From NCBI GenBank assembly GCA_030867685.1, contig JAQOWU010000008.1:1178001-1242000 (forward strand): 64,000 nucleotides of DNA, in the 5' to 3' direction. Source of the stretch: Wickerhamiella versatilis. Taxonomy: Eukaryota. This document shows positions 22,108 through 33,371 of the stretch, piece after piece. Position numbers and translations under genes: made by a program. The notes below the pieces were generated by a model. It was not told the origin of the DNA and searched no databases. It saw nothing but the letters and a program-made list of their open reading frames with translations. The first letter of the stretch is position 1. Every line of letters begins with the position of its first letter.

Positions 22108-22791
22108 AGCACTGAGTGCCGGGGAAGGTGAGGGATAGTGTAAGCGAGACCGTACGTACGCCTTAGAAGACAACATTTGCCCAAAATATTATAGTTTCTA
22201 TACCAAGAATTGTCTTAAACCGAATGTGATGAGTCGCTTACTTTCAATCGGTATGGTCCTCTCAATTTGCTTGCGCCTATCGTCAAATCTTTTTCGTGTA
22301 GTTTCACCATGAGGTTGGTGAGTGGTTGGATATATAGGTGGTCGTTACCAACTTGATCAACCAAATATTAAGGTAAAGGAGGCGAACAATGTAGTCTTCT
22401 TTTAAATAACATTATATTTATTGCCAAGGTATAACACAGTATCACGTGCGGGTCGACGTTTTTGGAGATTATGAGGGGGTTACGAAAACTTATTATTAGG
22501 TTGCTTTGCAAAAGATCTCTAACAGTAAGAACATTTTTTTTATGTCTAGAGTCACTAGAGGAACCCTCTGGGTGCTATGCAGCTGCTAGTAAAAGCAAAA
22601 CTTGCTTATCACCTAGTGAGGGTATTATTAGGCGTCAGCTAATTGGATATAAGCTAATATGTTGCCGAATCCACGTATTGTCGAATTAGAAATTATCACT
22701 GGGAATTATCACATGGAATGATCTACTCGATTGGTCTATACATTAGATGCTACATGCTACATAATTATTGCCAGTGCCAACCTTGTTTGTC

Positions 22792-23790
22792 ATGTCCACC
22801 ATCTCTAAGGATGAGATCAGTCTCTACGACCGCCAGATTCGTCTTTGGGGCGTTGATGGCCAAAAGAGGCTCCGAAATGCTCGGATACTGGTTGTTGGAT
22901 TTGGAGCGGTAGCCGTAGAAACGGTCAAGAACCTAGTTCTTGCTGGTGCTGGTACACTTACATTGCAGTCCACAGAAACAGTTAAAGAGGACACATTAGG
23001 AACAAATTTTTTCTTGAGGGAGGAGGATATTGGAAAAAATGTGATCGAGGCCTCTCTTTCAGGAGTCCAAAAATTGAATTCTCGCGTTATCGTCAGTTCG
23101 GAGACCAGAAAGATTGAGGAGATTCCGGACGAGTGGATTATAGGTTTCGATGGGCTGATAGCTATACAGCAACCTTTAGAGGAACTCCTCCGCCTCAACC
23201 GACTGATGAGAATACATTCAAAACCATTCTATGCTGCTGGTCTCATGGGATGGGCTGGCTACATTTTTTGCGATCTTGTTCAACATCAGTTCACAGTGGA
23301 GAAAGAAAAGTCGAACATTGACACAACTCCTGGAGAGGTGTCTGCAACGGAGCATGTTTTAGATGTCGAGGACTTAGGTGACAAGGAACGCTTGACAGTG
23401 CGCAAAACGTATTCAAGCTTGGATGACGTGCTCAAATCCTGCATCAAGCCGCCCGTATTTGCATCCACTATGCGACCACGTCAGCGAAACAGAGTTTCGC
23501 CCTACCTGATCGCGCTCTTAACTGCCTGGGAAGACCCCGGGTTTGGCCTGCCTGAACTCCAGTCGAAAGCTGAAGCATTAGGACTTCCGCGCACGCTAAT
23601 AACGCCAGAATTTGTAAAAGAGGTTCGCAATGGTCTTAATCTGGAGATATCAGCGATTGCAGCCGTTGTTGGTGGATTTTTGGCACAGGAAGTAATTAAT
23701 GTTTTGACCTTAAAGGAATATCCTATTTCTAACACCCTTATTTACGACGGTAAACGTGGAGTAGGTCCAGTATATCAATTAGGCTGTTAG
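22792..23790 (+). CDS. AOS1: SUMO-activating enzyme E1 subunit Aos1/Rad31
   Basis: DEISLYDRQIRLWG, ThiF GxGAV, KNLVLAG and AVVGGFLAQEVIN. First ATG is at 22792. Confidence 0.9.
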   Translation: MSTISKDEISLYDRQIRLWGVDGQKRLRNARILVVGFGAVAVETVKNLVLAGAGTLTLQSTETVKEDTLGTNFFLREEDIGKNVIEASLSGVQKLNSRVIVSSETRKIEEIPDEWIIGFDGLIAIQQPLEELLRLNRLMRIHSKPFYAAGLMGWAGYIFCDLVQHQFTVEKEKSNIDTTPGEVSATEHVLDVEDLGDKERLTVRKTYSSLDDVLKSCIKPPVFASTMRPRQRNRVSPYLIALLTAWEDPGFGLPELQSKAEALGLPRTLITPEFVKEVRNGLNLEISAIAAVVGGFLAQEVINVLTLKEYPISNTLIYDGKRGVGPVYQLGC

Positions 23791-23880
23791 ATATAAGACA
23801 AGCTAGCTAGAAAAAAAAATCTATGTCGGAATGAAATCCAGGAATTACAAGCTGACTTATCAGTTCACGACGGCCGGAAC

Positions 23881-25587
23881 ATGGATCTGGCGAGAGCGTA
23901 TCAAGAACAATGGGCTTACATTGAAGCTCAATTATTCCCTTGGTTATCTCATCTATCTAAGAGACTCTCAGAAATATTAACAGATGTGAACTCACACTTC
24001 GCGTCCGCGTCGTGGTTTGACTTAGTTCGCGATGTTTCGTTTCTCTATGTCGTCTGCCGTATTTTGGCTATAATTGAGTACTTTATTTTGGATGTTGGTA
24101 TTATAACACTTTGGAAGGAATTTACGCGTAAAATTTTCGGGATACTCGTTAGTCTGCCAGTTGTTCGCCGCAGTGTCGACAAGCAGGTTGACAAAGCGCT
24201 TGTTGGTATTGAGAACCAGGTTATTGAACGGCCACCTCAATTAGATGTTTTTTCATCCCTACCAAAAGTAGGAATGAGTCCTAAAGAGATTCAACTTACG
24301 GTACGTAAATTGGAATCTCTAAAACGCTCATCGTGGGAGAAAGGTAGACTTAGTGGAGCTGTATATCATGGTGGAGCTCAGTTACTCAAATTGCAAACTG
24401 ACATGTACGGTCTCTATACTGTTGCTAACCAACTTCATCCAGACTGCTTTCCTGCAATTAGGCGCATGGAAGCGGAAGTGGTCTCCATGGTTTTAAAACT
24501 TTACAATGCTCCTGAAGAAGCGTGCGGTACATCTACGAGTGGAGGTACCGAGAGTTTGTTGTTAGCCTGTCTTTCAGCTCGTGAAAAGGCTCGTGTTGAA
24601 AAAGGTATTACGCAACCTGAAATAATAGCGCCAGTAACTATTCATGCTGGTTTTAACAAGGCTGCTCATTATTTCGGTATGAAACTTCGACATGCCCCAA
24701 TCGATCCCCAAACTGCCCAGGTTGATCTTAGAGCTGTTCAGAGCATGATTAGACCCGATACAGTTCTTTTGGCTGGGTCAGCACCTAACTTTCCTCATGG
24801 AGCCATTGACAATATTGAAGGACTAGGAGAACTTGCAGAGAAGTATGGTATACCTCTTCATGTCGATGCTTGTCTTGGCTCATTCTATGTTCCATTCCTC
24901 AGTAAACTTGGACACGATGTTCCCAAATTTGATTTCCGTGTTCCTGGCGTTACCTCTATTTCTTGTGATACTCATAAGTATGGTTTCGCTCCTAAGGGCT
25001 CCTCTATTATAATGTATCGAAACCCAGCTCTCCGTCATTACCAATATTTTGTTTGTACAGATTGGACTGGTGGCCTTTACGCCTCGCCCACACTTGCTGG
25101 TTCTCGACCCGGAGCTCTAATGGCTGGCTGCTGGGCAACACTTCTATATATGGGATATGATGGTTACCTTAAGAGTGCGAAGACTATAAGGACTGCTGTG
25201 GATACTCTGAAAGCCGAATTGACCTCTTCAAGCATTCTTTCGGAAAATTTGAGTTTAATTGGCGACCCCCAAGGACCAGTGGTAGCATTCTCTTCAAATG
25301 TTCTTAATATTTATGATTTGAGCGACACACTGTCTGAACAAGGCTGGCATCTTAGTGCTCTGCAAAATCCTCCAGCTATACACATTGCTGTCACCCGATT
25401 GACGCTGCCTGTGGTCGACGAACTAATATCAGCTTTAAAGATCGCGGTCACAAAATTGCTTAAGGAGGGGTCCTCTAAGGCATCGGATGATACAAAAGCA
25501 CTTTACGGTATTGCTGGCAGCGTGAAAACTGCAGGAATAGCTGAGAGACTAGCATTGGGATTTGTGGATTCTCTTTATAAAATTTAG
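23881..25587 (+). CDS. DPL1: Sphinganine-1-phosphate lyase
   Basis: SGAVYHGG, NQLHPD, TSGGTES, HVDACLG, SCDTHKYGFAPKG (PLP Lys) and GSRPG. Confidence 0.95.
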   Translation: MDLARAYQEQWAYIEAQLFPWLSHLSKRLSEILTDVNSHFASASWFDLVRDVSFLYVVCRILAIIEYFILDVGIITLWKEFTRKIFGILVSLPVVRRSVDKQVDKALVGIENQVIERPPQLDVFSSLPKVGMSPKEIQLTVRKLESLKRSSWEKGRLSGAVYHGGAQLLKLQTDMYGLYTVANQLHPDCFPAIRRMEAEVVSMVLKLYNAPEEACGTSTSGGTESLLLACLSAREKARVEKGITQPEIIAPVTIHAGFNKAAHYFGMKLRHAPIDPQTAQVDLRAVQSMIRPDTVLLAGSAPNFPHGAIDNIEGLGELAEKYGIPLHVDACLGSFYVPFLSKLGHDVPKFDFRVPGVTSISCDTHKYGFAPKGSSIIMYRNPALRHYQYFVCTDWTGGLYASPTLAGSRPGALMAGCWATLLYMGYDGYLKSAKTIRTAVDTLKAELTSSSILSENLSLIGDPQGPVVAFSSNVLNIYDLSDTLSEQGWHLSALQNPPAIHIAVTRLTLPVVDELISALKIAVTKLLKEGSSKASDDTKALYGIAGSVKTAGIAERLALGFVDSLYKI

Positions 25588-25928
25588 ATAAATATAGATT
25601 GTACTGTGACATAATTGTCTTCTGCTTGCTTGATGATGGAAGTGTATTCATTTCTTATTTTGTCGAAAAATTTCTTACAGAATTTCCATGGAATAAAAAA
25701 TAATAAGTATTTCGTAAAAGAGAATAAGGGTGTTGTTGTTAGCACTAACTCCCCTCAGAACTCTGATGAACGTTGGTGATGCAAATCGCACCATATTAAT
25801 AGATGCCAAGAGGTATATTTATTTATTTCTCAAAATTAACAGGGATTTTTTCTATAATATACATACAGTAGGTCACTAGTGGGACTGGGCAATTCTTCCA
25901 TGAGGGTCCGCATAATCGCTCGGTCAGC

Positions 25929-26921
25929 ATGGTCGCGGAGTCTGTGACTTCTGAATTTTACCATGATAAACACATCCAGTATGTTCAAACATTAGATACT
26001 CGAAGAGATGAGTTACAGTATTGGATGACAGCTCACTTGCGTCTAGCTGGACTGTATTGGGGCCGTACAGCTGTTGACCTTCTGGGAGCTCATGACGCCC
26101 TTGACCACGAAGGCGTGGTCAAGTTTGTGCTTGATTGTTATAATGAAGACAGTGGGGGATTTGGTGCCCATCCAGGACACGATCCACATGTTATGTATAC
26201 TCTTTATGCTCTTCAGCTCTTATTTATGGAAGATGCACTTAATAGGCTGCCCGACCGAAATAAGACCATCTCCTATATCCTGCAACTCCAACAATCGGAT
26301 GGTTCTGTTGCTGGTGACCAGTATGGTGAGATTGATACAAGGTTTGTCTATACAGCGGTACAGGCCTTATGCATTCTTGGCGAACTAGCATCGTTCAATT
26401 GTGATAAGGCTGCAGAATGGCTTGGACGCTGCCAGAATTTCGATGGTGGATTTGGCCTGAAGCCTGATGCAGAGAGCCATGGTGCACAAGCATTCACTGT
26501 TATAGCTGCTCTTGATATTCTTAATCGCCTTGACGTTATAGACACAGAAAAGGCTGCCTGGTGGCTCAGTGACCGTCAAGTAGCCTCTGGTGGCCTGAAT
26601 GGACGGCCTGAAAAACTACCAGATGTTTGTTATAGTTGGTGGGCTCTTAGTCCTCTTGCAATTCTAGGGCATGTTGACTGGATCGATAAAGACAAATTGG
26701 CTCAATTCATCTTGAGGGCACAGGATCCCGAAAAAGGAGGTATAGCTGATAGAGAAGGAGATGAGGTTGATGTTTTTCATACTGTATTTGGCTTGGCTGG
26801 TCTAAGCTTGTTAGGGTTCCCTCAAGTTGAACCCGTAGATCCCACTTTTTGCCTTCCTGCGCGGCTGACTTCCAAGCTGCCCCCTTGGCCTGGTCTCCAA
26901 CGACGATTAGTTGCAAAATAA
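25929..26921 (+). CDS. BET2: Rab geranylgeranyltransferase beta subunit
   Basis: HLRL.GLYW, GEIDTRF, CQNFDGGFG, LNGRPEKLPDVCYSWW and DVFHT. Confidence 0.95.
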   Translation: MVAESVTSEFYHDKHIQYVQTLDTRRDELQYWMTAHLRLAGLYWGRTAVDLLGAHDALDHEGVVKFVLDCYNEDSGGFGAHPGHDPHVMYTLYALQLLFMEDALNRLPDRNKTISYILQLQQSDGSVAGDQYGEIDTRFVYTAVQALCILGELASFNCDKAAEWLGRCQNFDGGFGLKPDAESHGAQAFTVIAALDILNRLDVIDTEKAAWWLSDRQVASGGLNGRPEKLPDVCYSWWALSPLAILGHVDWIDKDKLAQFILRAQDPEKGGIADREGDEVDVFHTVFGLAGLSLLGFPQVEPVDPTFCLPARLTSKLPPWPGLQRRLVAK

Positions 26922-27019
26922 CTGCTTGTGGACCAATATGGGGCAGAAAGCAGATGCTTAGAATCTCTTTGGACATTGGTTTAAATTAGTCTATAGAGTG
27001 CAAATGTATATATAAACGA

Positions 27020-28909
27020 TTAGAGTATGGGTAGTTCCTGAAATTCACAATTACCATTTTCAGGCCAGAATTCCAGCCACCTGACCGTAGCGTCCCCCGT
27101 GAAGCTTCCAGAGTTCATGACATCGCATCCTTCATAGACCTGCTTGAGCTGAGGCACTGATGTATCAATAAGACATAAAGCGGATGGCCATTGGGGCATG
27201 GATAGGGAATGATCGCACTCCCATACTAATGGTCGGATGTCAAGTGTAAATGGAGACAGATGACACTGATCGAGAAGAGTTGCCATCACCTTACGTGCAG
27301 CTTCACCAGTTGACGGCTGGGATGGAATAGCATCAATCTGCAGAGGGACTATATCGTCACTTACATCTTCGTTTTCGTCGGCATCAGAGTTTGAGTCTAA
27401 ATCAGGTTCAGCATCTGAATCCCTCTCCCTGGTCGATGTAGTGTATGTGAGATCAACGTCGAGAGACGAAGCGCTGGGAACAACTATACTAGTCTTGCGC
27501 ATTCTCCTTCCACATTCGTCTCTCGCGAGGACTATTTCCTTACTGAGATAACAAATACGAGTGGGATTGCTCGCGAAAACGATATCAGGTTTTCCCAGAT
27601 TTATGCGACCTGTGAAAAGAGAGGGCAATGGCCTTAAAGGCCAAACGGGTGGACGCCCAGCAGAAACCACAGAATGCCAAGGATCATTGTCTCCAGGAAC
27701 AATTATAATTTTAGTCTGTTGAATCAATGCTGGAACCTCATCTAAAAGATCTGCCAAAGCATTCATGGCATCCCGAAAAGTATCCGTGCTCCGCATGCCA
27801 GGCTGAAATGGCTGGGACACAAAACTTCCACTGAGTACCAGCGCCAATGGAGGGCTCTCATTTATTCTAGCGAGTGCTTGTCTCAAGCCTCGTCGGTTTC
27901 GTAGGTTGTCAATATGCAGATCTCCCCCCATTATGACAATACGGTGGTTGTGCTTTTTCTCTTCCTCAACCATTTGCTTCTCCAAAGCAGGGTCTATCCT
28001 GTCTATGGATGTTGTATTTCCCGTGACTAGTCCGAAAAAGTCCATGTTGCCGAATGCTTCTTTTGTGGTTCCTCTCCGTTCTACAGGAGGAGGACCCAAG
28101 GTACCCACTTGAAAGTAGTCACCCATATTTATCCCGTAGCAAAGAACAAAGTTTCCTGGACAATAATAATGCTGCGGTGCATACTCTGTATTTTCGGTAA
28201 GTTCAAGAGCTATGCTACCACTCAAGTCGGAAATTTTCCAAGGTCCATCATTTTCGCGTGTCAGCATACCGAACAGAAAGAATTCCTCCAGTCGACGTCC
28301 TCTCATATTCTTGATGGACGTGACCGAGTACTTTCCACTTGACAATTGTGTTGTGGAAAGTTCAGGAGCAATAAACATCTCATCCCTAAGCATTCTGTCG
28401 TAAAGAATATTATATCGTGAGGCAAACATTTGCGTCAAAGCACTGGCACCTCCGATTTCTCGAGGTTGTGATGGCTGGCTCACATCGAACTTCTTTGTTG
28501 CAACATTGTATGAAAACCTTCTTTGTGAATGCGAATTTACGACTCGAAAGTAATTTCGCCAGTCGAAGTTCTTTTTTTGTTTTGATGAATCGAATGATCC
28601 GCCTTCTTGTAGATTTTCCCAATCACGAATTAAGCGAGCCAGGGTATCACCGCCTACCAACAAACCACGGTCTTCCTCCTTCCACATATGTGCCAAGTCT
28701 TCTAGGCATTTTTCTGCTGGCTTTTCTCTCCACTCCAGTCCAAACTTGCGGCCCAAGAACTTGGTCAGAACCTCCACAGCATCAACCTTCAGGGTTAATC
28801 CACAACGTCGCGACATAATACGATATGCAAACGGACGGACTTGCTTTACGTTAAGCTCAGCACCCGGAGTCATTATAGGGTGAGGCACGGCACGAAAGAC
28901 CTCTGTCAT
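27020..28909 (-). CDS. DPB2: DNA polymerase epsilon subunit B
   Basis: RPFAYRIMSRR.GL, FGLEWR, YCPG..VL, VPGDNDPW, SNPTRI, DQCHLSPF and VWECDHSL. Confidence 0.88.
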   Translation of the reverse strand: MTEVFRAVPHPIMTPGAELNVKQVRPFAYRIMSRRCGLTLKVDAVEVLTKFLGRKFGLEWREKPAEKCLEDLAHMWKEEDRGLLVGGDTLARLIRDWENLQEGGSFDSSKQKKNFDWRNYFRVVNSHSQRRFSYNVATKKFDVSQPSQPREIGGASALTQMFASRYNILYDRMLRDEMFIAPELSTTQLSSGKYSVTSIKNMRGRRLEEFFLFGMLTRENDGPWKISDLSGSIALELTENTEYAPQHYYCPGNFVLCYGINMGDYFQVGTLGPPPVERRGTTKEAFGNMDFFGLVTGNTTSIDRIDPALEKQMVEEEKKHNHRIVIMGGDLHIDNLRNRRGLRQALARINESPPLALVLSGSFVSQPFQPGMRSTDTFRDAMNALADLLDEVPALIQQTKIIIVPGDNDPWHSVVSAGRPPVWPLRPLPSLFTGRINLGKPDIVFASNPTRICYLSKEIVLARDECGRRMRKTSIVVPSASSLDVDLTYTTSTRERDSDAEPDLDSNSDADENEDVSDDIVPLQIDAIPSQPSTGEAARKVMATLLDQCHLSPFTLDIRPLVWECDHSLSMPQWPSALCLIDTSVPQLKQVYEGCDVMNSGSFTGDATVRWLEFWPENGNCEFQELPIL

Positions 28910-28918
28910 GGTGGGCCA

Positions 28919-28924
28919 ACGCGT
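28919..28924. promoter_or_regulatory. MCB element (ACGCGT) upstream of DPB2
   Basis: Perfect ACGCGT about 10 bp upstream of the ATG, plus CGCG at 28929. Replication genes are classical MBF targets. Confidence 0.5.
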
Positions 28925-29160
28925 CGCTCGCGCTTACGGTGTAATATGTATATTGATTTTTCAGCGACCGGCTCAGACCGGATATGAAGTTTCTGGTCAA
29001 AAGTCTGTGTAAATTTGGCAGGAGAATACATTTATAAGAGCAAAAAATTAGAACAATTGCAGAGAATGGATCTTCTATTCTACGATAGCGGCTGCAATAT
29101 CCTTTCAATTTCGACGAAGAAGACGACAAACGTGTATCTGGCAGCATTATGCTTTTTTAT

Positions 29161-29194
29161 ATTAATTAATTAATTAATTAGTTAGTTAGCTAGC
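29161..29194. repeat. (TAAT)n / (TAGT)n simple repeat
   Basis: attaattaattaattaattagttagttagctagc in intergenic DNA. Confidence 0.7.
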
Positions 29195-29414
29195 CGTTCA
29201 TTATTGCCTTTTTTATGTTTGCATCGATAAAAAAATTAGCTTCGCACTATTTTGTATTCATAACACAAGCAGTACCATAAACCAATTTTTGAATATCAAT
29301 GTATCAGTCATTGGAGAACAAATAACCAGATTGATTCATGGTTAGTCCATGATTTGGTATCGGACTATGGTAGGGTAGTAATGGTAGTGGTGTCCTCAAC
29401 GTCTTTGTAATCAT

Positions 29415-30158
29415 ATGAGCACAACTGTTGATGATGGTCCGACATGCGAGCTGATGGGACCTATATCCCTCGTCTTGCAATCATTTTTAGGGGTAATTGC
29501 CATAATGTCACTTTTTCTGAAACGCTTGTTTGAAAATCCTCGACGGCCATGGTGTGTATGGTGTTTTGATGTCCTCAAACAGGTTATCGGAGCGTTACTT
29601 CTACATTTCCTGAACGTTTTGGCATCCATTATGTATGGCGATGATGTGCCAGGGCTTGATGATAATCCATGTACTTGGTATTTCCTGAATGTTTTGTTTG
29701 ATACTACAATTGGTGTGCCCATACTATGGTTCATGCTATGGTACGTCTACCTCATTGCATATCACTTTAGGATGAACGACATCATGAGCGGTGAGTATGG
29801 AGATCCACCTCGCAGCAAAGCCTTTTTCAAACAGTTATTTCTATATCTCTTGGCTGTTGTGTTGTCTAAGATTCTTCTTGCGATAGTACTTTATACTGTG
29901 CCGTTTCTAGATGACTGGGGAGCCTGGCTAATATCCTGGAGCGATTATGATATTCGTGTCCAAATTTGCTTTGTTATGCTCATATTCCCCACGTGCATGA
30001 ATTCTGTGCAATACTACGTGGTCGATAGCATTATTCAGTCGCCGAATTTCGGTGTGGCGTCTACCGCGATGTCGACAGAAATGCAGGATCGTGCCCGTAA
30101 ATATACTCTGATAAATAAATTGCGACGCTCAAGTGGAAGGCTGGTTCCTTCTAACTGA
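29415..30158 (+). CDS. STIMATE/DUF3661 family vacuolar membrane protein (YPL162C-like)
   Basis: CELMGP, KR..E.PRRPW.VW.FDV.KQ, NPCTWYFLNVLFDTTIG, SGEYGDPP and QYYVVDSII. Confidence 0.85.
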   Translation: MSTTVDDGPTCELMGPISLVLQSFLGVIAIMSLFLKRLFENPRRPWCVWCFDVLKQVIGALLLHFLNVLASIMYGDDVPGLDDNPCTWYFLNVLFDTTIGVPILWFMLWYVYLIAYHFRMNDIMSGEYGDPPRSKAFFKQLFLYLLAVVLSKILLAIVLYTVPFLDDWGAWLISWSDYDIRVQICFVMLIFPTCMNSVQYYVVDSIIQSPNFGVASTAMSTEMQDRARKYTLINKLRRSSGRLVPSN

Positions 30159-30232
30159 GCTTATCGCTGGAAACTCATATATTGTTTAAAATACATTGTT
30201 ATTACGTAATTATTTTTTTTATTGGTACCTCG

Positions 30233-31579
30233 ATGAAAATTAAAACCATCTCGCGGTCGGCAGACGACTACGTCCCAGTCACAAATCGCGAGTCATCGAG
30301 ACAACCGCGTAATTTGAACCCTGATATACATCCCTTCGAAAGAGCAAGGATGTACACCCGTGCTTTGAACGCGGCCAAGATGGACCGTATGTTTGCGAAG
30401 CCTTTCATAGGCCAAATGGGCAATGGCCATGTAGATGGTGTTTACAGTATGGCCAAGGATGCTCGTGCATTAACCTCTCTATCTAGCGGCAGTGGTGATG
30501 GTGTAGTGAAACTGTGGGATGCGGGATCCCGCGAAGAGGCATGGTCTGTTCAAGGACACTCAGGTATAGTTCAGGGCTTATGTTTCACACCAGACCATCA
30601 ACTCTTAAGCTGCTCCAGTGATGCCACTGTCAAGTTGTGGTCACCGTATTCGCAATCGACAGTGCCTAGTCAGACCTATACAAGCAGTGCTGGCCTTATG
30701 AGCGTTGATCACCACAGACAGGAGCCAAAGTTTGTCACAGCGGGAACGAAGCTGGAGGTTTGGGATGTGAACCGCTCGAAGCCTACTAGCCAGATGTCTT
30801 GGGGTGCCGATAATCTTAATAGTGTGCGATTCAACCAGACCGAAGTGTCAATGGTTGCATCAACGGGAACCGATAGATCTATCGTTATTTATGACCTCAG
30901 GACATCTTCTCCTGTTCAGAAGCTTGTTACGACGCTGTCTTCAAATGCAATTGCTTGGAACCCTATGGAGGCCTTTAATTTTGCTGCTGCTAGTGAAGAT
31001 CATAATGTTTACTTATACGACATGCGGCATTTGAAACGTTCCCTCAATGTCTACAAGGACCATGTGGCTGCTGTGATGGATGTTGACTGGAGTCCCACAG
31101 GTCAGGAGTTAGTTACAGGAAGTTATGATCGCACCTTGCGTGTTTTCAAATTACGCGAGGGCCACTCGCGGGATGTGTATCATACTAAGAGAATGCAACG
31201 GATATTCAGTGTCAAGTGGTCTATGGATGCAAAGTATTTGTTTTCAGGCAGCGATGATGGGAATGTTAGGCTTTGGCGCGCTAAGGCTAACGAGAGCTCT
31301 GCAGTAGTGAGTGCAAAGCAGAGACAGAAACTCGAGTATGATTCTGCGCTACAGGAGAAGTTTAAGCATATGCCAGATATTCAGCGCATCCAGAAAATGC
31401 GCCGTGTCCCGAAGGCTATTAAGAAGGCCCGTAACATCAAGCGTGATGAACTTGATGCCATTAAACGACGAAAAGAGAATCGTATCAAACATCAGAAACA
31501 TGGTGGAAATGAGAAATGGGACCCCGAACGGACAAAGCATATAGTTGGTGTTGGAGTACGTCATGAAGAGTCACGCTAG
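30233..31579 (+). CDS. SOF1: U3 snoRNP WD40 protein Sof1/DCAF13
   Basis: MKIKTISRS, HPFERAR.YTRALNA.K.DRMFAKPF, WNPMEAFNF and YHTKRMQR. ATG at 30233. Confidence 0.96.
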   Translation: MKIKTISRSADDYVPVTNRESSRQPRNLNPDIHPFERARMYTRALNAAKMDRMFAKPFIGQMGNGHVDGVYSMAKDARALTSLSSGSGDGVVKLWDAGSREEAWSVQGHSGIVQGLCFTPDHQLLSCSSDATVKLWSPYSQSTVPSQTYTSSAGLMSVDHHRQEPKFVTAGTKLEVWDVNRSKPTSQMSWGADNLNSVRFNQTEVSMVASTGTDRSIVIYDLRTSSPVQKLVTTLSSNAIAWNPMEAFNFAAASEDHNVYLYDMRHLKRSLNVYKDHVAAVMDVDWSPTGQELVTGSYDRTLRVFKLREGHSRDVYHTKRMQRIFSVKWSMDAKYLFSGSDDGNVRLWRAKANESSAVVSAKQRQKLEYDSALQEKFKHMPDIQRIQKMRRVPKAIKKARNIKRDELDAIKRRKENRIKHQKHGGNEKWDPERTKHIVGVGVRHEESR

Positions 31580-31809
31580 TAGCTTCTATTTATTTCTTTA
31601 AGTTGATATATCAAAAAAAATTACATAGGAATTCAATCCAGCGTCGCAGTCACATTGCTAACGGCTTCTGGATTTCGGGGAAGTCGCATGAATATTACGT
31701 TTCATTGTGACCAGAAACTCAAACTTTCGGCTAGAACCTAAACAGCATAAGCCCTTAATATAATTAGTTTCATCAAGAACGTGCTAAGAATCCATGTATC
31801 AACGATAAA

Positions 31810-33270
31810 ATGATGGCCTTTAAAACGCATGCAGCATCATTACCCTATGTGTGGGACCTGCATGGGAAGCGCATAATCAAGTCTTCGACTCATCGATCCT
31901 CTGCGTGTGAACAGATGGAAGCTGACCTCTGGGAGCTAAGTTACAATGTAGTCGCATCGCTCTACGATAGCGAGGACGACGAAGTTGGCGCTCCAAATTT
32001 TCCAATTCAGCGACCCGCCCATCTAGCCTCTACTGCACAAGGTGGGCGCTTAATGCAATGGGCAGGAAGTGCGCCGCGCTTTCAAGTTTCTTTCACTCAT
32101 AGAAAGGAGATAGTCTTTGATCCTCCGGACTTAACTCTTTCCATCGCACCGGCATCAAGTTCCCAGGCATCATCCGACTTGGTGGATGTAGATAGGAAAC
32201 TTGATATTAATCAAGCTCCAAAAAGTAGGGGATCATCAGATGAGTTTACAAATGCTAGAGTATCACCATTCAAAACTCAGCAGCAACGCTCACAGGCCGA
32301 ATCGGCCACAACGTCGAGCTCATCCACGGTTGGGAAAAGGCCAGTACCTGCAGGCCCTGCAGCAATGGTTGATGCTTCTAAGCAAAGTTTCAAAGAGATT
32401 GTGCATAGAATATATCGACTTAATGATCAGCGTGCTTCTCTCTACTTGCAAGACAGACTCAAAGCTGCTGTTCCTGGAGAATACGAGGAATTAGTCCAGG
32501 TAATTCGGCAGCATGCAGGCCAACTGATGACCCATCGTTTTGGAAACTTCCTAGTACAATGTATGTTAGGGCTAGCTACCCAAGATGAGGTTCTCGGGTT
32601 CGGAGAATGTCTACAAAGCAAGATTGCTTTGTTGAGCACTGATCAATTCTGTTGCCATGTCATTCAGAAATTGCTTGACGTTGCTCCCTTGGTAGTACAG
32701 GCACGCGTGGCCGCAGAGTTGCTAGACCAGATTGTTTATACTATGACGAATGTCAGTGGAAGCCATGTTTGGCAAAAGCTGCTTCATCTGCCTTGGCCCA
32801 GTGAGCTCCCTAGTATGACAGAATTAGTGAGGAATGCCATCGAGTTGAGTAGGAAGTCGGGAATCTCTGAAGGATGGATATCTGTTGCCGCCAACGAAGC
32901 TGGATGCGCCACTATTAAGAGCTTTCTGGGGGTTTCATCGGCTGGAAGTGAGCGCCAAGAGTGTGTAGACGAGCTTTTGGCTTCTTTGGACAGACTTATC
33001 ATGTGGCCTCATGCAACTCCCCTTGTCATGCGTCTCGCCTCAATTAGCACTAGCAGGAGCCGGACCACTTCACATATATTATCTCACGCTCGCAAATACT
33101 CACTTGATCCAACTTCATCTCAGGTACTTATTTCACTTTTACAGAATAAAATTCCTGGATTTGGTGCGAGGCTTGCAAATGTTTTGGCTCCATACCAAGA
33201 TGACCTTGCAGAAAATCAAAATGGAAAAAGAGTGTTGCAGACCCTCGATTTAATTCAACATAGAAAGTGA
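31810..33270 (+). CDS. Pumilio/PUF-repeat RNA-binding protein (Mpf1/Mcp2-like)
   Basis: NDQRASLYLQDRLK, HRFGNFLVQ, DQFCCHVIQK and GSHVWQK PUF repeats. Start uncertain. Confidence 0.75.
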   Translation: MMAFKTHAASLPYVWDLHGKRIIKSSTHRSSACEQMEADLWELSYNVVASLYDSEDDEVGAPNFPIQRPAHLASTAQGGRLMQWAGSAPRFQVSFTHRKEIVFDPPDLTLSIAPASSSQASSDLVDVDRKLDINQAPKSRGSSDEFTNARVSPFKTQQQRSQAESATTSSSSTVGKRPVPAGPAAMVDASKQSFKEIVHRIYRLNDQRASLYLQDRLKAAVPGEYEELVQVIRQHAGQLMTHRFGNFLVQCMLGLATQDEVLGFGECLQSKIALLSTDQFCCHVIQKLLDVAPLVVQARVAAELLDQIVYTMTNVSGSHVWQKLLHLPWPSELPSMTELVRNAIELSRKSGISEGWISVAANEAGCATIKSFLGVSSAGSERQECVDELLASLDRLIMWPHATPLVMRLASISTSRSRTTSHILSHARKYSLDPTSSQVLISLLQNKIPGFGARLANVLAPYQDDLAENQNGKRVLQTLDLIQHRK

Positions 33271-33371
33271 TGCATTTTATTTCATTTGCATTTGTTTTCC
33301 AGCCCATTTATTCACTTATCTATGTTCTGTATCATATCTCATATAGCATTTACTTAAATATTTAGTAAGAA

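Noticed and set aside
22226-22260. Possible C/D snoRNA (GTGATGA followed by TTCAATCGGTA, complementary to a recalled 18S stretch)
   Set aside because: No D/D' box follows the putative guide, there is no terminal stem, and it lies only about 50 bp upstream of the HDA3 ORF on the opposite strand.
25631-25766. TGATGA...CTGA box pair between DPL1 and BET2
   Set aside because: AT-rich interior with no recognisable guide or terminal stem; likely chance.
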